This document shows, piece by piece, positions 57,356 to 64,000 of a DNA stretch of 64,000 bases. Within the stretch, counting starts at the first letter, position 1. Each line of letters opens with the position of its first letter. The translations under genes were made by a program, and so were the position numbers. The stretch lies in assembly GCF_009914755.1 (NCBI RefSeq), contig NC_060926.1. One strand, 5' to 3'. This stretch comes from the human T2T-CHM13v2.0 reference genome, Homo sapiens. The notes beneath the pieces are model-generated. The model was given only the letters and a program-made list of their open reading frames with translations, searched no databases and was not told the origin of the DNA.

Positions 57356-60073
57356 AAAATATGTAATTACATTGGCAATTTCTAATTTCTAAGTTAGGCA
57401 GGAGCCCACCTAGGTATCACCAACCTCTCTACAAAGACGTAAAAATTTAAAGAGGTGGCACTCTCAGAGGGGGACAAAAATAAAAATAAACAAAAGACAC
57501 TTCAATCTTGTTGCAGGGTGCCTTTCTCTTACTTTAACTATGTACATAAAATGAAACAGAACATGATTTTCTTTTTAGTATATTTTCATGTAGATTGATA
57601 TTCCTAAAGGACCGATAAAAGTAGAATAACTTTTCTGCCAGAACATCTTCAGAGTCTTTGGTGGGCTCAACAACTATAAATTCTACATGTTTGTGTCCTT
57701 TCTTATCCTTTGAGTGCTCTTCATATGTACACATCATAATTCTATCCCCCTCTTAAGTGCCACCTCCTTCAGCATCCTTTCCTAATCTTTCTAATTCTCC
57801 CTCTTCTGAATCCATCTCTTTTAAATTTAGGGTACTAATCTGATTCTATTTTCAGTAGAACTATTAGGTTAATTTTTCAGTTATCTATATACCATAAGCT
57901 TTTTTAGATATAAATATTGACTATTTATCCTTATATTTTCTACAACACTGAGAATATACCTGCACACACAGAAGCATAGTAATGAATGAGCTTTGATTCT
58001 AAAGGTAGCCCTAAGGAATGATTTAGCAATGGCCTGATCTACTTTACTTTCAATCTATTTGTATCTTTTATATAAATAGAAAAGTATGTGTCTTGTCAAC
58101 AGCATAGAGTTGGGTCATATTTTTAAATTCAGTCTAATAATCTCTGTCTTTTGATTGTATTGTTTGACCCATTTACATTTATTTTTTTATACAGTTAGAT
58201 TTACATCTGCCATTTTAATATTTTTGCTGTCTCACATCTTTTTGTTTCTCTTTTTCTCTTTTATTTTACATTAAGTCAATATTTTCTAATGTAGATTTTA
58301 ATTTCATTAAAAATTTTTTCTCTATATTTTAAAATTTATTTTTTAGCAATTGCCCTAGGGTTTACTACATTTATCATACCTTATCAGAATGAACTTCAGA
58401 TTTATATTAGTTTAACTCTACTGACAGAGAAATGTTATCTTTACATAGTTCTATTCCATTTTCCCCTTATTGTGGTGTTACTATTATACACATTGTATCT
58501 CTAAATGTAATAAACAATACATGGTTATAATTATAACTTAACCATCTATAGTCATTTTCTTATTCCACTCACCTTAGAATTGCTACTACCAACCTCTCTT
58601 GTGCTGTTTTTGGTAAACATAGTATACGCATATTATATTTCTCTATGATGTAGATCCAACATTACATTTTATGTATAAAAGCATAAATATGCTTTTATAC
58701 AGTTAGTTTTTAAATGGGTTATACAAAGAAAGGAGAAAATATGTACTTATACTTTTTTATTACATAGTGGTGCTTTTTCATGTGGATTTGAATTTTTGAA
58801 TTACTGTCTGGGCTCACTTGTTTCCAGCTTGAAGAAATTCCTTTAGTATTTCTTGTAAGGCAGGTTGACTAGCAATACCTTCTCTCAGTGTTTGTCTACC
58901 TGAGACAGTCATTATTTCGCCTTCATTTTTTAAAGATCTATTTTTTGGATAGAGGATTCTTGACAGCTTTTTTTGTTTGTTCATTTTTGTTGTTTGCATT
59001 TTAATGCTGCACCTTGAATATGCTATCCCACTGCCTTCTGGCCTGTATCATTTTTGCTGATTTCAGTGACTATTTTATTGATGTTCTCTTATAAGTGATT
59101 AGGGTTTTCTTAGTTTTTGTTTATTTCTTTCTTTTCTCTTGCTCCTTTCAAGATTTTCTCTTTGTATTAGACTTTTGACACTTTTATTATGTCAATTTGT
59201 AAATCTCTTTGTGTTTACCATACATGAAAACTATGTCTCCTAAATATGTCAGTTATTATTTTTCAATAAATATGCCAAGTTTTCTTCCACTATTTCTTCA
59301 CAAAATTTTATGCTACATTTTCTCTCTCTTCTCTTTCTGGTACTCCAATTATATCTATATGGGTACCCTTGATGGTGTCCTACATTTCTCTGAGTGTCTG
59401 TTCCCTTTTTAAAATGGTTTTCTGTTTTATAGATTGCATAATAGTTTTCAATCTATCTTCCAATTAGCTAATTTTTTCACCTGCTAGTTCAAATCTACTT
59501 GAGCACCTTGAGTGAATATCTGTTACTATACTTTTTATCTCAAGAATCTCCACTTGGTTCTTTTTTATAATTACTCTCTCTATTTAATAAAACATTGTCA
59601 TTATACCACACTTTACTTTTTCAGTTATGCATTCCTTTCATTCTGTGAACACGTTTACTTATCTTCAAGTATTTTATGTTAAATCTGAGATCTGCTTGAA
59701 CTCACAGTTTGTGTTGCATGTTTTTTTATTGTTTTGTTTTCCTGTCAACTGAGGCATAGTGTTTTGTTTCTTTGCATGTCTCATAATTTTTTCTGGGAAA
59801 CATGACATTTTAGATAATAGTGACTTCATTAGTCACTAATAGACATTAGTCTATTTTCCCAGTCTTAAGCCTCTGATATTGCTTCTCAGGAAGATACAGC
59901 TTTCAGTATGCCCATTTACCCTGTGATGACAGTAGCATTGGTAGGGCTGGCTTTCTCTCTCTCAATAACAACACCTATCTGTTAAACTCTACTATTTGCT
60001 GGCTGACCACTCTATTGTTTTCCCAAACACCCCAGGGCATATTGCTCTATGAACTAATTCAATCAATTATGAC

Positions 60074-60374
60074 TTTTTTTTTTTTTTTTGAGTCAGAGAC
60101 CCACTTTTTTGCCCAGGCTGGAGTACAGTGAGGTGATCATAGCTCACTGCAGCCTCAATGTTCTGGACCCAAGCAATTGTCCCGTCTTGGCCTTTCAATT
60201 AGCTGTGACTGCAGGCACATATCACAGTGTCCAGTTTTTTTTTTTTTGTGCTTTTGAATAGATGGGGGCTGACTGTGTTGCCCAAACTGGTGTCAAACTC
60301 CTGGCCTCAAGTGATTTTCCTGCCTCAGCTTCCTGAAGCACTGCGATCACAGGCATGAGCCACTGTGTCTGGCC
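60074..60374 (-). mobile_element. AluJ
   Basis: Antisense diverged Alu; TSD atgactt. Confidence 0.88.
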
Positions 60375-60496
60375 CATGACTTCTTTAAAGAAATAACTTT
60401 TAAGGTCTCTTTGATGTTTGTTGTGACTCCCGGAGGGCCCTTCCAAGCTGTTTTATTCTGTTCTCTCCTCCAAACTAGCCAGCCTGCAGTCTAGAG

Positions 60497-60927
60497 CATG
60501 GGTCCCCAACCAGTTTGTGACCTGTTATGAACCAGGCCACACAGCACAAGGTGAGTGGCAAGCAGCCAAGTAAAGCTGAGCTCTGCCTTTTGTCAGACCA
60601 GCAGTGGCATTAGATTCTTATAGGAGAATCTCATGTGAACTGCACATATGAAGGATCTATGTTGCATACCTCTTATGAGAATCTAATCCCTAATGATCTG
60701 TCACTGTCTCCCATCCCCCCTAGATGGGACCATCTAGTTGCAGGGAAACAAGCTCAGGGCTCCCACTGATTCTACACTATCAGGAGTATGTAATAATAAT
60801 AGAAATAAAGTGCACAATGAATGTAATGCACTTGAATCACCCCAAAACCCTCCCCTCTGCCCCAGTCTGTGGAAAAATTGTCTTCCATGAAACCAGTCCC
60901 TGGTGCCAAAAAGGTTGGGGACCTTTA
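60497..60927 (+). mobile_element. MER1A hAT-Charlie DNA transposon
   Basis: catgggtccccaacc ... gtccctggtgccaaaaaggttggggacc; 8-bp TSD gtctagag at 60489 and 60928. Confidence 0.9.
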
Positions 60928-61444
60928 GTCTAGAGTACATCTTTATTAGGTCTAAAAGTAGTCTCCTAATTGCCTTTCACCACAAACCCCACTATTCCTG
61001 AGAGTATCCTTAGGTTTGAATTTCTCCATGCTCTGCTGCAAACAAAGTCAGTCACCTCTGGAAAAGATTAGACAGTTTTAGGACCTAATTCTCCCCTTTC
61101 CTTTACTCTGCCTAATGCAAAAATCCTGAGCCAGCATGAGGTTGAGGTGGAGATAACGTCAATCTTCTCTGAGTGACATTCCTGCTCTAGGGGCTGTGCA
61201 GTCCATGGAGAGAAGGGGATGGTAACCTGTGAGCTCAACTTCCCTTTCCTGGCATGGAACTAACACCTCACAAGCAGGGTAAGTACAATCGGGACCCTAT
61301 ATCCTCAGGGTGTTTTACCCAAAGTAGAGCCACTTTTCAGTGAATGCGAGCTTGGCAGAAGAAAGGAGTCTCACCTCCAACTGCATTTTCCCTAGTCTTA
61401 GTGACAGCTAGGACAGGATGAGAAAACAATTCTGTTCTTCCTGT

Positions 61445-62265
61445 CATCAGTGGTCATTAGAGAAATGCAAATCAAAACCACAATGAGATACCATCTCACC
61501 CCAGTTAGAATGGCAATTATTAAAAAGTCAGAAAACCATAGATGCTGGTGAGGCTGTGGAGAAATAGGAACGCTTTTACAATGTTGGTGAGAGTGTAAAT
61601 TAGTTCATCCATTGTGGAAGGCATTGTGGCGATTCCTCAAGTATCTAGAACCAGAAATACCATTTGACCCAGCAATCCCGTTACTGGGTATATACCCAAA
61701 GGATGATAAATAATTTTACTATAAACACACACGCACACATATTGCATGTGTCTTTATAGTACTATTACAGAACTAGTAATAGTATACTATTACTATTGCA
61801 GCACTTTTTACAATAGCAAAGACTTGGAACCAACCCAAATGCCCATAAATGATAGAGTGGATAAAGAAAATGTGGCACATATATACCATAGAACACTATG
61901 CAGCCATAAAAAAGAATGAGTTCATGTCCTTTGCAGGGACATGGATGAAGCTGGAAGCCATCATTCTCAGCAAACTAACACAGGAACAGAAAACCAAACA
62001 TTGCATGTTCTCGTTCATAAGTGGGAGTTGAAAAATGAGAACACATCGACACAGGGAGGGGAACATCACACACTGGGGCCTATAGGGAGGTGAGGGGTAA
62101 GGGGAGGGAAAGCATTAGGACAAATACCTAATGCATGTGGGGCTTAAAACTTAGATGACGGGTTCGTAGGTGCAGCAAACCACCATGGCACATGTATACC
62201 TATGTAACAAACCTGCACGTTCTGTACATGTACCTCAGAACTTAAATGAAAAGAAAAAAAAGAGT
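61445..62265 (+). mobile_element. 5'-truncated L1PA (L1PA7/8-like) 3' end
   Basis: ORF2 end peptide WIKKMWHIYTIEHYAAIKKNEFMSFAGTWMKLE; 3'UTR and A-tail. Confidence 0.93.
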
Positions 62266-63131
62266 TGATCCAAAAGAAAAAAAAGAAAGCCCCCTTGTTG
62301 GCATCTAGAGAAAAGAGAGAAGCCTGTGTACTTGGCTGCAGAAGTTTGGAGTGGAGTCTGCCTGACTGAGTTGGGAGGGGAGTAAAAGGGATCCGTCTTG
62401 CTTCAAATGCCACAGACACTTACCTTTCTTAACGAATTTTCATAGATTTTTTTGAATAAATGTTTCTTCATGTTCTGCTTGCCTTTAGACCCACTTCTAG
62501 AGGGTCTAGAGTGTTGTTATTTTAAAAGTAATTTTCACCAACTTTACCATAGTGTGGTTCAGCCTAACACCTCACACTGTCACTCCAGAATTTGATCCCT
62601 GATCTGCTCTCTTTTAAAAGGTAATTACTTATTCAAACATAAGATCCACATTTATACACTAAATATCTTATTTTGTTAACATCCTTCCCCACACAACATT
62701 CTCTTTCCAACTTATTTTAAGAGCAGATGGTTGAACAGAGCAAATAGACTTTAATATGACAAGGTATTATTGATTAGTAACTGATAAATAGCTATCTACT
62801 TAATTTCTGGCAAAACAGTAGAAAGAGGACTGGAACATGGATCCAAAAAATTGGAACATTTTCTAAATATGTGTCTTTATGGAAAACTTCAAAACATCTT
62901 CTTAGCCTCAGTCTCTCCAACTCCAAAATAATAAAGTTTAAGATCTGTGATTCTTTCCATAGCTTTAATTTACATATTCTAGCAAGTTTTATTATAATTT
63001 CCATTTCCAATAAAAGTTCTTTCTAAATTCTGAAAGAAATATTAAATGCTCATAGGACAGCCCATGTAAAAATCTGCAGAGTGGGATAATATAGAATATT
63101 ACCATGAGAAGTTAGAAAATAATGATGCTGT

Positions 63132-63257
63132 TTAAGAGGATAAGTTATAACAAAGCCCACAGAGCAAGATGTGTAAGTCTTGGAGTCTGTAACATATTTT
63201 ATGGAGAAGTAGTTTGCCAAGACTGAAAACAATCATCTTGTCATCAGTTATGTGAGC
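63132..63257 (-). CDS. Candidate terminal coding exon of an unidentified minus-strand gene (AHITDDKMIVFSLGKLLLHKICYRLQDLHILLCGLCYNLSS*)
   Basis: Acceptor T46-ACTCCAG|G at 63257, open frame to TAA at 63132, AATAAA on minus at 62988-62993. Confidence 0.35.
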   Translation of the reverse strand, partial: AHITDDKMIVFSLGKLLLHKICYRLQDLHILLCGLCYNLSS

Positions 63258-63261
63258 CTGG

Positions 63262-63264
<3 letters not shown>

Positions 63265-63310
<46 letters not shown>
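63265..63310. repeat. Pure A46 homopolymer (poly-T on minus)
   Basis: 46 consecutive A with no adjacent Alu/L1 body. Confidence 0.95.
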
Positions 63311-63312
<2 letters not shown>

Positions 63313-63600
63313 AAAGAAATTATCAAAAGTACTTGGCATTTTATTAGTTTGGAGATTTTATATATTTATTTGTGTTTGTAAGAATGGAAGGATGTTTTTC
63401 TAAATTTCATGGGCACATTGGATGTAGGAAAGCTCATTTATCAACAGATAATCAAATTACTCAAGATCCGTACAAAATAAAGTATAAAGTAAGTAATTAA
63501 TTTTTCACTGTCTTCTCCATAAAACCAAATTGTAGTGGCCTTCAAATAAATATAAGCTCCTTATGAATGTTTGTTTAAGAATTAGGTATAAAATTCTCAC

Positions 63601-63636
63601 CATAGGGAAATAAAAGTTTATATCTGCATTTATTAT
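63601..63636 (-). CDS. Candidate 36-nt internal exon (phase 0: IINADINFYFPM)
   Basis: Minus strand: gtttcctttcatag|ATAATAAATGCAGATATAAACTTTTATTTCCCTATG|gtgaga. Confidence 0.4.
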
Positions 63637-64000
63637 CTATGAAAGGAAACTGGGTTTTATTTACAAAAAGAACTAGAGTAATTACATAGAAAATGTGGAT
63701 TCTGTATTTGTCTTCCTGCACCTTTCTAGGTACTTGGAGAAATTTGCAAAAAAAAAAAAAAGTATCTGTTTTATTAGAATTATTCAGAAAATTCTTCTAG
63801 CCACTTTTGTAATATGCAGAAACGTAGGGTTGTATATATGCTAAAATGAATAATGTCACTAGATAGACTATGACAACTAGCCTTAAGTACTACATTTTTA
63901 CAATCAATGACACAAAAGTTTGAACTTTGAAGATTTCACGTTTTTTACACTAATTATTCTCTAAGTCTGAAAAAGGGGCACATTTTAGATATAGCATTTC

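Larger units (their letters stand above)
58030..62590 (-). mobile_element. Old L1M 5' half (ORF1/5'UTR), antisense, interrupted by AluJ, MER1 and L1PA
   Basis: ORF1-like peptide RILYPKNRSLKNEGEIMTVSGRQTLREGIASQPALQEILKEFLQ (58814-58999 -); acagcatagagttgggtc motif. Confidence 0.8.

Noticed and set aside
57051-57385. I/Y-rich ORFs
   Set aside because: Translations of the (TA)n compound repeat.
63265-63310. A46 as the tail of a plus-strand retrocopy
   Set aside because: No Alu/L1/mRNA body or convincing TSD upstream; only a weak aaagaaat match at 63033. The splice-acceptor reading fits better, though an orphan poly(A) insertion is not excluded.

Overview
Primate (human-like) AT-rich genomic DNA, almost entirely non-coding and dominated by interspersed repeats. 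It contains about 14 Alus (J/S/Y), old L1M blocks, three L1PA 3' insertions, L2/MIR relics, hAT-type MER DNA transposons and about ten solo LTRs (MLT1, an ERV1 LTR, MST, LTR9B-like, MER21, LTR13, LTR1, MLT2A, THE1). A CpG-containing 49-bp VNTR lies at ~1.7-2.9 kb. None of the supplied ORFs is a convincing stand-alone gene; most are Alu-, L1- or VNTR-derived. The best gene signal is on the minus strand at the right edge: a 36-nt exon with canonical splice sites that joins in frame to a putative terminal exon, whose acceptor has a 46-nt poly(T) tract and is followed by a stop and AATAAA. I could not name this gene. Other notable items are a 5'-inverted L1PA with a probable 3' transduction, a templated fold-back palindromic insertion inside another L1PA, an Alu trimer, nested insertions with intact TSDs, and several candidate regulatory motifs (CTCF in LTR13, Oct-Sox-like in LTR9B, a perfect NRF2/MAF ARE, many AP-1 sites). 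I see no evidence for a wholly new multi-gene system. Repeat subfamily names are recalled from consensus sequences and were not verified by a search.
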